Positions 29,936 through 40,089 of a stretch of DNA of 64,000 nt are shown here, piece by piece. The notes under the pieces were generated by a model, which worked only from the letters and a program-made list of their open reading frames with translations, did not search any database and had not been told where the DNA came from. Source of the stretch: Gammaproteobacteria bacterium (GTDB taxonomy: Bacteria > Pseudomonadota > Gammaproteobacteria > UBA4575); contig CBDEUS010000001.1 of the NCBI GenBank assembly GCA_965243395.1, positions 224,001-288,000 of the forward strand. The letters are read 5' to 3'. The stretch's first letter is position 1. Each line of letters begins with the position of its first letter. The translations under genes and the position numbers were made by a program.

Positions 29936-31879
29936 CTATGCGGGTCCTAATTGTGTAGAGTCGCTATCGATTTCGGTAGCAGGGTCCGGTAAATTTTCTT
30001 TCTGCGCTTTTTTCTCATTTCTTTGTGTGTATAGGCCTACAGTCAAAACCGTCATGATCGGGCCCACTGAAGCAAGGGCTAAAATACCAAAACCGTCACT
30101 TACACCGGGAATATTCGCACCCACACCAAGACCCATTGCTAATACGAGGGGTACCGTTATAGGGCCTGTTGTAACACCCGCGCTGTCCCATCCGAAATTA
30201 ACAAAGCTGTTTGGTGCGCGCCAAGTAAGAATCAATACAAGCAAATAAGGAGGCATCAACATCCAAATTAAAGGTAAGTTGTAGGCCATCTTTACAATGC
30301 CTGCACCGATGCCTAATCCCACGCCAATTGCCACAGCTTGCATTAACAATTTCTTACGGAACGCACCCACCGTAATTCGTTCCACGGTGTCACCTAATGC
30401 ATTGAGTGCGGGTTCGGCAAGTGTTGCACCATAACCGAGGAAAAACGCGAAACCTATGGCAACGAGTTTGCCTGCATGACCATCGCCAAATAATGGACCT
30501 TCAACATGATCAAACCCCCAAGGAACAATTTCTGCAAAGGCGAGTGGAATATTACTGCCTAGTTGCCCACCTAGTGGTGTAAGCCCAAGCGCGATACCCA
30601 AACCAAACAATGCCATGCCCACCAGCGCAAAGGTTACTCCTATGCCTACATCACTATCTTTATCTAAGCGTTGTTTGAGGATCAAACGTAAGACGAAATA
30701 TAAAAACAAACATAAGGGGATAATTGCACGAAGTGCTCCCATAAATGCTTCCCACATTTGTTCTGAAAGAGAAGTTTCTTTATCCCAGGTTTTATCACTG
30801 ATTAATTCAAAATTTCGGGTATATATTTTTTTAACAACGAGATTTGGATCAGTTACTACAATTTGTCCATCAACAAGCTCTGCTTTTCCACCCTTAAAAT
30901 CTAATTCATAGCCATTTGGTAAAGCACCCGTTTCTAAGTAAGTCGCAAATTCTTCATCCGTAATTGCTTCTAATTTAGGATCTAGTGCTTCAGCGCTGTC
31001 AGCAACTTCTGATTGGCTTTGAACAATTTCAGAGCCTTTATAATTTGAAGCACCATAGTAATCATTACTAGTGTAGTGGTATAAAGCGAGTAGCAGTACG
31101 GCCAGAATAGGGAATAGAGAGGCTAGTGTGACAATTCCAAATCCAGAATGACCGCTGCCCCCAGAACCACTACTCACAACTCGACAAACCCCAATTCCCA
31201 AAGCAAGTACAAGAGGAACGGTTACAGGACCTGTAGTTACCGCACCGCAGTCCCATGCTAAACCTAAAACATCGCGTAATTCTGGAACTTGACTAAAATA
31301 AAAAGACATTGCGAGCAATCCGAGTACTGCAGGGATAGCCAGAAATTTCAATGGCCATGCATAAAAAAATCGCAACACACCCAACATAACCGCAAGACCG
31401 ACGCCCACTCCAACACTTGTTACAAGTTGATTAGAAAAATCATTCAGTAGGCTGTATAACAATGGCGCTTCACTGGCTATTACACCACTTCCTGCAGCTT
31501 TTAGTACTGCGATGGCTGGTTCTGCAAATGTAGCACCCGCTCCAAGTAAGAATGCAAAGAGTAAAATAAGTGGCATTCCACTTTTACGTGGAAGCATACT
31601 TCCAATTATTTCGCCAAGCGGCATTAGACCTAACCGCAGGCCTTCCATGAAAAACATTAATCCGATTGCAACAATGAATATTCCAACTGCAATCATCGCT
31701 GCATATACGATTGGTAGTTGTAAAACGAGTAATTGGAAAATGATGAGATAAAAAACGATAAACCAAATGCCTTCAATTTGGCTTAAAAAATTCCGTTTTC
31801 CATATGGCCATAAAACTCGAAATGTGTCACGTAGACCCAAACGAAAACGAGGGTTATCCGGAAGCTGAGAGGATGCCAT
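29936..31879 (-). CDS. Tandem DUF1538 membrane protein
   Basis: Two copies each of AT(F/L)AEPA and D(C/S)(G/A)xVTTGP(V/I)TVPLVLA(L/M)G. Confidence 0.85.
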   Translation of the reverse strand: MASSQLPDNPRFRLGLRDTFRVLWPYGKRNFLSQIEGIWFIVFYLIIFQLLVLQLPIVYAAMIAVGIFIVAIGLMFFMEGLRLGLMPLGEIIGSMLPRKSGMPLILLFAFLLGAGATFAEPAIAVLKAAGSGVIASEAPLLYSLLNDFSNQLVTSVGVGVGLAVMLGVLRFFYAWPLKFLAIPAVLGLLAMSFYFSQVPELRDVLGLAWDCGAVTTGPVTVPLVLALGIGVCRVVSSGSGGSGHSGFGIVTLASLFPILAVLLLALYHYTSNDYYGASNYKGSEIVQSQSEVADSAEALDPKLEAITDEEFATYLETGALPNGYELDFKGGKAELVDGQIVVTDPNLVVKKIYTRNFELISDKTWDKETSLSEQMWEAFMGALRAIIPLCLFLYFVLRLILKQRLDKDSDVGIGVTFALVGMALFGLGIALGLTPLGGQLGSNIPLAFAEIVPWGFDHVEGPLFGDGHAGKLVAIGFAFFLGYGATLAEPALNALGDTVERITVGAFRKKLLMQAVAIGVGLGIGAGIVKMAYNLPLIWMLMPPYLLVLILTWRAPNSFVNFGWDSAGVTTGPITVPLVLAMGLGVGANIPGVSDGFGILALASVGPIMTVLTVGLYTQRNEKKAQKENLPDPATEIDSDSTQLGPA

Positions 31880-32168
31880 TTTTTTATAAATTCGAATTAA
31901 GTTAATGAGTTGTATCGGCTGTAGCTGATATTCCTTAAATCAAACTCTGAAATTGCGCAAAATGGTTAATAATTAAATTGTTGAAATGAGCAAATAGAAG
32001 AATGAGGAAGAATGTGTGAAGGAAAGGGAATTTATTATGGTTTCATCGGCTTTTTTATACATGTCGGTACGCACAGCTTGACCATAGGGTAACCAAGCGT
32101 AAACAATTGAATTTTAATAGAATAATGATTGTTCAAAAATCTTAAGCGATTTCAATTAGGGAAAATTC

Positions 32169-32591
32169 GTGTCCGTATTAGAGACTATTATCGGTAAGAG
32201 GAAACCGAAGTTTGATTCTTATGAAGTCATCTTAGACTTGCTGCAAAAATTTATGATTGAGAGTAAATCTCAAGCATCAATGCGCAGCTTCACACCACCT
32301 CAACAAGTAATGTTGACCATGTACACTTTTGGTGCACTTACATTTTTATCAGAGTTTAATGAAGTTCCAGAAGCAGAACATATTTTTGTTTTGGACGCAT
32401 ATCTACAACGCCAGGGTTTAACGGATAAACAATCAGTAGCCGAAGCAAGAACTATAGTTGAGCAAGCTAAAGATTCCAGTATGCAATGGGGTGTTGAAAT
32501 AGGTTATAACGCTGCAATGTACTGGCATAAAGATAAAGATACAAATGCTCCGAAAGCACTTGCACGTCTTTTAAAAACGACTCGAAAATAA
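32169..32591 (+). CDS. Hypothetical protein
   Basis: 140-aa ORF, GTG start with SD. Confidence 0.6.
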   Translation: MSVLETIIGKRKPKFDSYEVILDLLQKFMIESKSQASMRSFTPPQQVMLTMYTFGALTFLSEFNEVPEAEHIFVLDAYLQRQGLTDKQSVAEARTIVEQAKDSSMQWGVEIGYNAAMYWHKDKDTNAPKALARLLKTTRK

Positions 32592-32610
32592 AATAAAGTT
32601 TTATAGTGGT

Positions 32611-33303
32611 TTACCCACCACTTTTGATTGCAAGGTTTGCTACCGCATTACGCAATTTGTCAGCATGTGAGTTGGTTGCGGATCCCTCAATGAGAATTTC
32701 TCGTGGAGATGTTTGATCTCCATAGTAATCATGATTCCAGTCGTTACGTGTTTTGAGTACTGCGCCTTCTATATTGATGCCGCCATATATGCCTTTGGTT
32801 CTTGAGAACGCAAGAATATCTGCGGTTTGTGCTTTTGCTCCAGCACCAATCGGACCTGCAGCAATGCTGACATCTCCTCCAAGTTTGAAGGATGATGTAA
32901 GTAAAGCGTCTACACCTTTATCGGTCATAATCATGAGTATTATTTCCGATACCTCAACTCCAATTTGAAAACCTACGGTACCAGAACCCATGGTGTAAAA
33001 TGCTGGATCGCTCCAGATGTTGCCATCTCCTTTTACTAATAGAACACCGCTCCCACCAGAACCACCAAAGATAAGCCCTCCTTTTACTAATGAGGGAACA
33101 ATCAAAACACCTTTTGCTTTGCTCATATTGTCACGAAACCACGTCATATCCGGGTCAATGGTAAACGTATTTACTGATTCAGCAGCAGCATCAACTAGTG
33201 CTTCTGCTGTTGCAGTGGATGCATGTAATTGTGAGGAAGAAACAAATAGAAAACATGTAAATACGATTATTGTTGTGAAATATTTACGAGCAATCTTATT
33301 CAT
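32611..33303 (-). CDS. Lipid-binding SYLF/Ysc84 domain protein
   Basis: KGGLIFGGSGGSGVL, GFQIG, LGGDVSIAAGPIG, FSRTKGIYGG; signal peptide. Confidence 0.88.
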   Translation of the reverse strand: MNKIARKYFTTIIVFTCFLFVSSSQLHASTATAEALVDAAAESVNTFTIDPDMTWFRDNMSKAKGVLIVPSLVKGGLIFGGSGGSGVLLVKGDGNIWSDPAFYTMGSGTVGFQIGVEVSEIILMIMTDKGVDALLTSSFKLGGDVSIAAGPIGAGAKAQTADILAFSRTKGIYGGINIEGAVLKTRNDWNHDYYGDQTSPREILIEGSATNSHADKLRNAVANLAIKSGG

Positions 33304-33393
33304 TTGAATGTCCTTTATATTAGGAGAGTAATTGGTGTGAATTATAACCTTAAACCACAGTAAAGCGATAAAGTTCAATTTTTTTGATTAAGT

Positions 33394-34146
33394 TTACAAT
33401 TCTCTTATGTAACGCATTGCCCAACATGCAATATTTTGGGAGATATATTCTGCATCAGCTTTTTTGGATACTAAATGATCAGTTTCATCTAGCGAGATAA
33501 AACTTTTAGGGTGTTTAGCTTCCATGAAAATTTTAGCCGCTTCGTCGATTGAAACGATATCATCAAATGGCGAATGAAAAATAAGAATAGGTTTGTTTAA
33601 TTTTTTAATAAATTGTTTTTCGTCATAGCTTTTTAGGTCCTGAATATATTCTTTGGTAAGTCTAAAGGGCCGATCAAAAATACTTACATCATCAAAACCC
33701 TGTTTTAAAATTTTAGGAATATGTTGTTCAAAGTGATCAAGAACATGTGCAGGTCGACTTGGAGAAGCAATTGTAGTTACTGCCTGAATTTCATCTAATT
33801 CACAAGCGGCCGCTGTAGCAGCGATACCACCCAGGCTGTGTCCTATAAGCAGCTTGGGCTTTTGGTAATTCTTCGTTAAAAAATCTACAGCCGCTTTAAT
33901 ATCATTAATATTGCTGGAGAAATCTGTACTAGAAAAATCTCCCTGGCTTTTCCCTAGTCCGGTAAAATCAAAACGTAATACTTGTATATCTTGTTTGGCT
34001 AGCGCTTTACATATGCGGTAGCTTGACGAGTGGTCTTTTGAGCATGTAAAGCAATGGGTATAAATGGCTTGTACTCTCGGCATTTCAACTTCATCGATAA
34101 CTCCTGCAAGGATTTCGCCGCGATTATTTGAAAATGTAACATCCAT
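33394..34146 (-). CDS. Alpha/beta hydrolase (similar to the N-terminal domain of OsmC fusions)
   Basis: HCFTCSKD, RFDFTGLG.S.GDF, GHSLGG, HPKSFISLD..DHL. Confidence 0.88.
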   Translation of the reverse strand: MDVTFSNNRGEILAGVIDEVEMPRVQAIYTHCFTCSKDHSSSYRICKALAKQDIQVLRFDFTGLGKSQGDFSSTDFSSNINDIKAAVDFLTKNYQKPKLLIGHSLGGIAATAAACELDEIQAVTTIASPSRPAHVLDHFEQHIPKILKQGFDDVSIFDRPFRLTKEYIQDLKSYDEKQFIKKLNKPILIFHSPFDDIVSIDEAAKIFMEAKHPKSFISLDETDHLVSKKADAEYISQNIACWAMRYIREL

Positions 34147-34288
34147 GTATTAATTTTCGACTTTTCAATTTGGGAAGGAACATTTTGCTATGAGTTAAAC
34201 TTTCTTCTATATTCACCGTCAATTCTACATCTTTGCTTGATTAAGTCTATTATTCGATATGTTTGGTTCTTAGAAACTGGAGGAACAA

Positions 34289-34648
34289 ATGAAAACTATT
34301 TTTTTCGCTATTTTGGTAATTATGTTTTTAGTTACACCTGTGCATGCAACGGTGTATCACTTTTTTAATGGAGAAGGTATAACAGAAGCGGCTTTGGAAT
34401 GGGAAAATGCACAATCAAACTCCAAGGAAGCAAATTTACTATTGGTTTCGGAATATGTGGGCTATGTGGGTGCACTATTTGATCATTTATCTGAAAAGCA
34501 ACATATTTGTGTACCAGATGAAATTACTAAAAATGATGTTTTACAAGTTGTAGCTGATTATTTGAAATATACGAGTAAAGGTAAAAAAAATGCTGGTTCA
34601 GTTCAGGTAGAAGATGCACTTTACAAGCAGTATACCTGTAAGAAATAG
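34289..34648 (+). CDS. Rap1a/Tai-like exported protein
   Basis: Signal peptide; GYVGALFD....ICVP...V..YL...A...V..AL...Y.C pattern. Confidence 0.6.
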   Translation: MKTIFFAILVIMFLVTPVHATVYHFFNGEGITEAALEWENAQSNSKEANLLLVSEYVGYVGALFDHLSEKQHICVPDEITKNDVLQVVADYLKYTSKGKKNAGSVQVEDALYKQYTCKK

Positions 34649-34698
34649 AATTATTGTTCAAACAATTATATATAGCGGTTAGAAATGAGGAGTTGGTA

Positions 34699-35502
34699 AT
34701 GAAATATTTAAGTATATTTTTCATTTTAGTCTTTTTTGTGTTGGACGTATATGCAAAAGAGGCAACTGAATCGAACATCATTACACATGAGATTGAGTAT
34801 GAAGTTGAGAATACAAAGTTAACAGGGTATTTAGCTTTTGATGTATCAACAAAAGATAAACGCCCTGGTGTACTCGTTGTGCATGAATGGTGGGGTCATA
34901 ATCAATACGCAAGAAATCGCGCAGAAATGCTAGCAAAACTAGGTTATGTGGCATTCGCCGTCGATATGTATGGTGATGGCAAGTTAGCACAGCATCCTGA
35001 TGATGCCGGTAAATTTATGAAAGAAGTAACCAGTAATATGCCATTAGCGGAAAAACGAATGGCGGCTGCACTCGATGTATTAAATGAACAAGCATTAACA
35101 GATACTTCAAAAACTGCTGCAATCGGTTATTGTTTTGGTGGAGCAATGGTATTGCATCTTGCACGTATTGGTACTGATATTGATGGCGTTGTTAGCTTTC
35201 ATGGTAGTTTGGGAACAGGAAGCCCAGCGCAAAAAGATACTGTCATAGCGAAAGTATTAGTATTGCATGGCGATGCAGATCCATTTATCCCGAAAGAACA
35301 AGTCGATGCATTTAAGGAAGAGATGCAGAACGCTGGTGTGAGGTATGAATTTGTTGGTTATCCAAATGTGAAACATAGTTTTACTAACCCACAGGCTGAT
35401 GAATTCAGCGAGAAGTTTGATTTACCAGCTTTAGAATATAACCAACATGCCGATGAAGATTCATGGCGGCGTATGCAAGCTTTTTTTGAGCAAATTTTTT
35501 AA
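34699..35502 (+). CDS. Dienelactone hydrolase family protein
   Basis: PGVLVVHEWWG, IGYCFGG, SFHG, HSFTNP. Confidence 0.92.
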   Translation: MKYLSIFFILVFFVLDVYAKEATESNIITHEIEYEVENTKLTGYLAFDVSTKDKRPGVLVVHEWWGHNQYARNRAEMLAKLGYVAFAVDMYGDGKLAQHPDDAGKFMKEVTSNMPLAEKRMAAALDVLNEQALTDTSKTAAIGYCFGGAMVLHLARIGTDIDGVVSFHGSLGTGSPAQKDTVIAKVLVLHGDADPFIPKEQVDAFKEEMQNAGVRYEFVGYPNVKHSFTNPQADEFSEKFDLPALEYNQHADEDSWRRMQAFFEQIF

Positions 35503-35554
35503 CTAATTTAATTTAAATGTAAAAATTCGTTACTTTAATAAAGTATGTCTGCAT

Positions 35555-35584
35555 AAAAAAAGCCCCTGGAAAGGGGCTTTTTTT
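35555..35584. terminator. Bidirectional intrinsic terminator
   Basis: AAAAAAAGCCCCT-GGAA-AGGGGCTTTTTTT between convergent genes. Confidence 0.88.
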
Positions 35585-35603
35585 ATTATAAAAATTAATT
35601 AGC

Positions 35604-37361
35604 TCAGGCAGCTTTACTTTGTAAAGCGTCTGTAATTTTTGCTAATTCATCTTTCAAGGTTTGTGGTGTACGGGCACCAAACTCATCAAGATACTCGCTA
35701 ATAGCTTGAACTTCATCTTGCCATTGAGCAACATTGACACCTAAAAGTGCTTCCATGGTTTCTTTAGAAACGTCGAGGCCTTCTGTGTCAATATCTTCAA
35801 CATTTGGTAGGTAACCGATTGGTGTTTCACGCGCATCTACTTTTCCTTCAACACGATCAAGTATCCAAGAAAGTACACGCATGTTCTCACCAAATCCAGG
35901 CCACATAAATTTGCCATCTTCGTCACGACGGAACCAATTGCAATGGAAAATTTTAGGTAGTTTGTCAGATTTAGGTCCAAACGTTAACCAATGTGCAAAG
36001 TAGTCTGCAAAGTTATAACCACAGAATGGTTTCATCGCCATAGGGTCGCGTCGAACTTGACCCGCACCGCCAATCGCAGCAGCCGTCATTTCAGAGGCAC
36101 AAGAAGCACCGACTAATACACCATGATCCCAGTCTTTAGCTTCATAAACTAGCGGAGCCAATTCTTTTCTTCGTCCACCAAAAACAATTGCACTGATAGG
36201 TACGCCATCAGGACTATCTGCCATTGGTGAATAAACCGGATTATTTTTTGCGGATACGGTAAATCGACCATTAGGATGTGCTGCTGGCCCCACTTCCGGG
36301 TCATAAGGATTACCTTTCCAGTCAGTCACAGGCTCCATGCCATCATCTTTATCTTCCCACCATGGTTGGTTATCTGCAGTTACACCGGCGTTAGTGAAGA
36401 TTGCATCCGACTTTAAACATTCATAGGCATTTTTGTTGGACCATTCGTTAGTGCCTGGAATCACGCCAAAGTATCCAGACTCAGGGTTGATCGCCCATAA
36501 ACGACCATCTTCACGTAAATGTAACCAGCAAATGTCATCGCCTACTGTTGTCACTTTCCAGCCTTTGTACTGTTCTGGTGGTATTAACATTGCAAGGTTT
36601 GTTTTTCCGCATGCAGAAGGGAATGCGCATGCAACGTAATGAGTTTCACCTTCAGGACTTTCAAGACCCATAATTAACATATGCTCTGCAAGCCATCCTT
36701 CTGTTCTAGCTTGCCAGCTAGCAATGCGAAGAGCGTGACACTTCTTACCAAGAAGTGCGTTACCACCGTAACCGGAACCAATACTTCTAATTAGAAGTTG
36801 TTCTGGGAAGTGCATAATGAAACGCTTTTCAGGATCTAGGTCACCTGTTGAATGCACACCTTTTACAAAGGTGCCTTCTTTTTCAATTCTTTTTAAAGCG
36901 GGTGTTCCAATGCGGCACATAATTTTCATATTGGCCACTACGTAAGGGCTGTCTGTAATTTCTACGCCGTTACGTGAAAGTGGAGAATCAATTGGGCCCA
37001 TGCAGTAAGGAATGACATACATGGTGCGGCCCTTCATGCAGCCATCAAACAACTCATCTAATTTTTTAGTTGCTTCTACAGGATCCATCCAGTGGTTATT
37101 TGGACCCGCATCTTCTTCATTTTTTGAACAAACAAAAGTTAAGTGTTCAACACGTGCAACATCAGAAGGGTCTGATCGATGTAAGTAGCAATTAGGGTGA
37201 GTTTCTTCATTGAGTTTAAGCAGCGTTCCGGATTCCAACATCATGTCAACCATACGGTTGTATTCTTCATCGCTGCCGTCACACCAAACAATATTATCGG
37301 GTTTGGTTAGCGCCGCTGTTTCCTCTACCCATTTCGCCAGGGCATCATTCGTCGTACTCAT
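35604..37361 (-). CDS. pckG: Phosphoenolpyruvate carboxykinase (GTP)
   Basis: DVARVE, GSGYGGNALLGKKC, AFPSACGKTNLAM, VGDDI, RRDPMAM.PFCGY. Confidence 0.97.
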   Translation of the reverse strand: MSTTNDALAKWVEETAALTKPDNIVWCDGSDEEYNRMVDMMLESGTLLKLNEETHPNCYLHRSDPSDVARVEHLTFVCSKNEEDAGPNNHWMDPVEATKKLDELFDGCMKGRTMYVIPYCMGPIDSPLSRNGVEITDSPYVVANMKIMCRIGTPALKRIEKEGTFVKGVHSTGDLDPEKRFIMHFPEQLLIRSIGSGYGGNALLGKKCHALRIASWQARTEGWLAEHMLIMGLESPEGETHYVACAFPSACGKTNLAMLIPPEQYKGWKVTTVGDDICWLHLREDGRLWAINPESGYFGVIPGTNEWSNKNAYECLKSDAIFTNAGVTADNQPWWEDKDDGMEPVTDWKGNPYDPEVGPAAHPNGRFTVSAKNNPVYSPMADSPDGVPISAIVFGGRRKELAPLVYEAKDWDHGVLVGASCASEMTAAAIGGAGQVRRDPMAMKPFCGYNFADYFAHWLTFGPKSDKLPKIFHCNWFRRDEDGKFMWPGFGENMRVLSWILDRVEGKVDARETPIGYLPNVEDIDTEGLDVSKETMEALLGVNVAQWQDEVQAISEYLDEFGARTPQTLKDELAKITDALQSKAA

Positions 37362-37583
37362 CAGTAATTCCTTGTTTTAATTGAAAGTTATGTGGCTTGT
37401 TTAGTAAAAATAATTATTATCAACAAGCTAAAAATTCGGAGTTCCCGATTATACATAGCGAAGATGAAGATTTAAGCTTAAGGAAAGAATTATTATGAGG
37501 ATCCTAAGTCTTATATCTCATAATAGGTATAAATTTGTGTTTATTTTTTAGCCAAACACACTAAGCGTATACAAAACATGGAA

Positions 37584-38141
37584 TTAGATCGGTCCGACCA
37601 TAAGAATCATCAATCCGGGCGGGATTTGATCAGATGCTCCATTTTGGCGCGTTTCATCCATTTCAATTGAAAGCGAAAGACCAGAATTTTTACAATTTTC
37701 ACGTAAATTTTGGTTTGAGCTGATGTTACTTTGTTTAGGTAAAGTCATTCCTGCCGCAAGATGTAATTTAGAACTACGCAAGCTTTGATCTTCTAAATAA
37801 ATTTTATATGGAAAGGAATTGTTAGGGAGAGTGGAAGAGAGCTTATCGACTTTTAGCTCATAGGGAACTCCAGCGTTTTGATCAAAACCATGATGCGCAA
37901 TACAAAACGGTTTTGAATTTACAGGTTCTAAAATTTTTGATTGATCCAGCAATAATTCATTTGGACTTTCAGTACTGAGTGTTTGGCTTACATAAACAGA
38001 AATGTCAACGGATGCAGAAGAGGACTTGCCTCTTTTACCTTGGGAAGCAGCTAAAACCGCGTTACTTGTGAACACAAATAGCGATAACAATAAAATAAAT
38101 TTAAATATTAATTTTAAATAAATTTTTTCCGAAGTATCCAT
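37584..38141 (-). CDS. Exported protein, possibly fimbrial/adhesin subunit-like
   Basis: Signal peptide then AASQG..G.SSS.SVDISV; two Cys; lies downstream of the riboswitch. Confidence 0.55.
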   Translation of the reverse strand: MDTSEKIYLKLIFKFILLLSLFVFTSNAVLAASQGKRGKSSSASVDISVYVSQTLSTESPNELLLDQSKILEPVNSKPFCIAHHGFDQNAGVPYELKVDKLSSTLPNNSFPYKIYLEDQSLRSSKLHLAAGMTLPKQSNISSNQNLRENCKNSGLSLSIEMDETRQNGASDQIPPGLMILMVGPI

Positions 38142-38221
38142 CTCACATTTCCAATATGCAAAGTACACAGAAATGTGAGACCACTCGAAGAGATATATTG
38201 AATAACTATCTCGCTGCTTTA

Positions 38222-38340
38222 TTCGGCGGTCCCGCTGCCTTAGATATTTTCATTTGCATGCATAGTTAATACGCCGCTTATAAAAATAACCTTAGGTCGG
38301 TGACTTTGCGTCCCCATCTTTCAATGGGTTTGCCTTTTAC
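38222..38340 (-). ncRNA. c-di-GMP-I (GEMM) riboswitch
   Basis: Minus strand reads AAAGGCAAACCCATTGAAAGATGGGGACGCAAAGTCACCGACCTAAGG...CTAAGGCAGCGGGACCGCCGAA, carrying the GGCAAACC-GAAA-GGGACGCAAAG hallmark. Confidence 0.88.
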
Positions 38341-38633
38341 ATTTCTATGTAACGGCACGAACTGAATAAAGTTGATTAATTGTTATTGTTTTAAATAGCG
38401 ATTTAATCATTACACACACAAGTAGTAGCAAACAAGTAACCTTATAATTTGATTAGAGTTACATGATGAATAGTAATGATTTAATAATTAAATCGTTTTT
38501 ACAGTGTGTATAACGAATTAATTTTATTTATGTTTATTTGCTTATATTTTTTACTAAAACTGTGAGCAAATTCCGTTATAGTTGGTAACGTATTGAAAAT
38601 TTTCTTTCAGAATCGTTCAAAAGGAGGATAAAT

Positions 38634-38960
38634 ATGTACAAAAAACTCTGGATTATTTTGTTTGCAGCTACTTTATTAGTGCCATTCAATGCATTAGCAA
38701 GTGGTTCTTCGCATATACATTACAGCTATCATGCAGGCGGGTTTGCAGAGTCAGGTTCGGCAGAGGCTATGGTCGCAGATGTAGTGATAGCAAGACCCAT
38801 AGGTTTAGTGTCCACAATTGTGGGTTCTACTGTGTATGTTGTTTCTTTACCTTTTAGTTTATTAGGTGGTAACGAAAAGCAAGCCAGAGAAAAGTTAGTT
38901 AAAGAACCAACTGCATTTACATTTAAGCGACCTTTGGGGGAATTTCGGAGTTTAGATTGA
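38634..38960 (+). CDS. Conserved exported/membrane hypothetical protein
   Basis: Signal peptide; D.VIARPIG...SLPFS...F.RPLG; strong AGGAGG SD. Confidence 0.75.
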   Translation: MYKKLWIILFAATLLVPFNALASGSSHIHYSYHAGGFAESGSAEAMVADVVIARPIGLVSTIVGSTVYVVSLPFSLLGGNEKQAREKLVKEPTAFTFKRPLGEFRSLD

Positions 38961-38979
38961 GCTGAGAAAAATTTATAAA

Positions 38980-40089
38980 CTAAATTGTGCTATGTAATAC
39001 CACTCTATTACGGCCATCTTGCTTAGCTTGATAGAGGGCCTTGTCAGCTTTGCGTAATAATTCGCGACCTAAATCAAATGTATTCATTTTGATATCTGGT
39101 TTTTCGAGTGTGGATACACCGATAGAAACCGTAAGTGAGCAATTTTCTCCATCTACAAAAGTAGTTTCAGAGATACTATGTTGAATTCGTTCTGCCACTT
39201 CTTCTGCATAGTCTTGCCCAGATTGTTCTAGTAAAACAGCAAACTCTTCACCACCATAACGTGCTACTACATCTATATTGCGGAGTTGTGCACGAATTAA
39301 TTCAGCAACTTTAGTTAAGACAACATCTCCAGTTTCGTGTCCAAAGCTGTCATTAACAACTTTGAAGTGATCAATATCGATAAACAAACAGCTAACTGAT
39401 GACTGCAAACGTTGTGCACGGGAAATTTCTTCATTTAAACGTTGATCGAAAAACCTTCGATTATTTACGCCGGTTAAAGCATCCGTTAAACCTGCCTGCT
39501 TAAGTTTTTCTTGCGCAATAGTAGTGTCGAGGCAAGTAGCTAAAACGGCTGCTAAATGTTCGAGAAAATCTGTAGCGTCCTGTTTGTTAAATCTGCGCAG
39601 TTGAAAACTACCCAAGTTAAGACTGCCTAATAACTTATTTTTTCTAAATAACGGCAACAAAGCTACACTGCGCGGATACTTTCGATCACTTAAAAATAAA
39701 TCTTCATGATGATTGATATCAAAAGCGCCCAGTAAGGGCTTTTTATATCGTCCGTAATATTTTTTTAGATTTAAGATATCGCTTGTAAAGATTAATTCAG
39801 GATAGCGGCTGGTGTCTTCGCCCACATCACGTAACAACCTTTTAATGTCTTGGTGTTCATCATGTAAAACGATAGTTAATACATCCCAACCAAAAGTGGA
39901 TTTACTTTTGTGCGCTATTAACTGCATGAGCTCAGCAAGAGAGCTACAGCTCAATAATCTCAATTCTAAGTTTTGAAATTTACGCAAAGTAACTTCGTTT
40001 CTGCGTGCGTCATGCACTAATGACTCAAGTCGATTACGTAATGCGTCAATCTCAGTTAATTCTTCTTCAAGATGAGGGAGCGTAGACAT
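38980..40089 (-). CDS. DUF484/GAF-like diguanylate cyclase
   Basis: TDALTGVNNRR, DIDHFK.VND.FGH, RNID I-site, RYGGEEF. Confidence 0.92.
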   Translation of the reverse strand: MSTLPHLEEELTEIDALRNRLESLVHDARRNEVTLRKFQNLELRLLSCSSLAELMQLIAHKSKSTFGWDVLTIVLHDEHQDIKRLLRDVGEDTSRYPELIFTSDILNLKKYYGRYKKPLLGAFDINHHEDLFLSDRKYPRSVALLPLFRKNKLLGSLNLGSFQLRRFNKQDATDFLEHLAAVLATCLDTTIAQEKLKQAGLTDALTGVNNRRFFDQRLNEEISRAQRLQSSVSCLFIDIDHFKVVNDSFGHETGDVVLTKVAELIRAQLRNIDVVARYGGEEFAVLLEQSGQDYAEEVAERIQHSISETTFVDGENCSLTVSIGVSTLEKPDIKMNTFDLGRELLRKADKALYQAKQDGRNRVVLHSTI

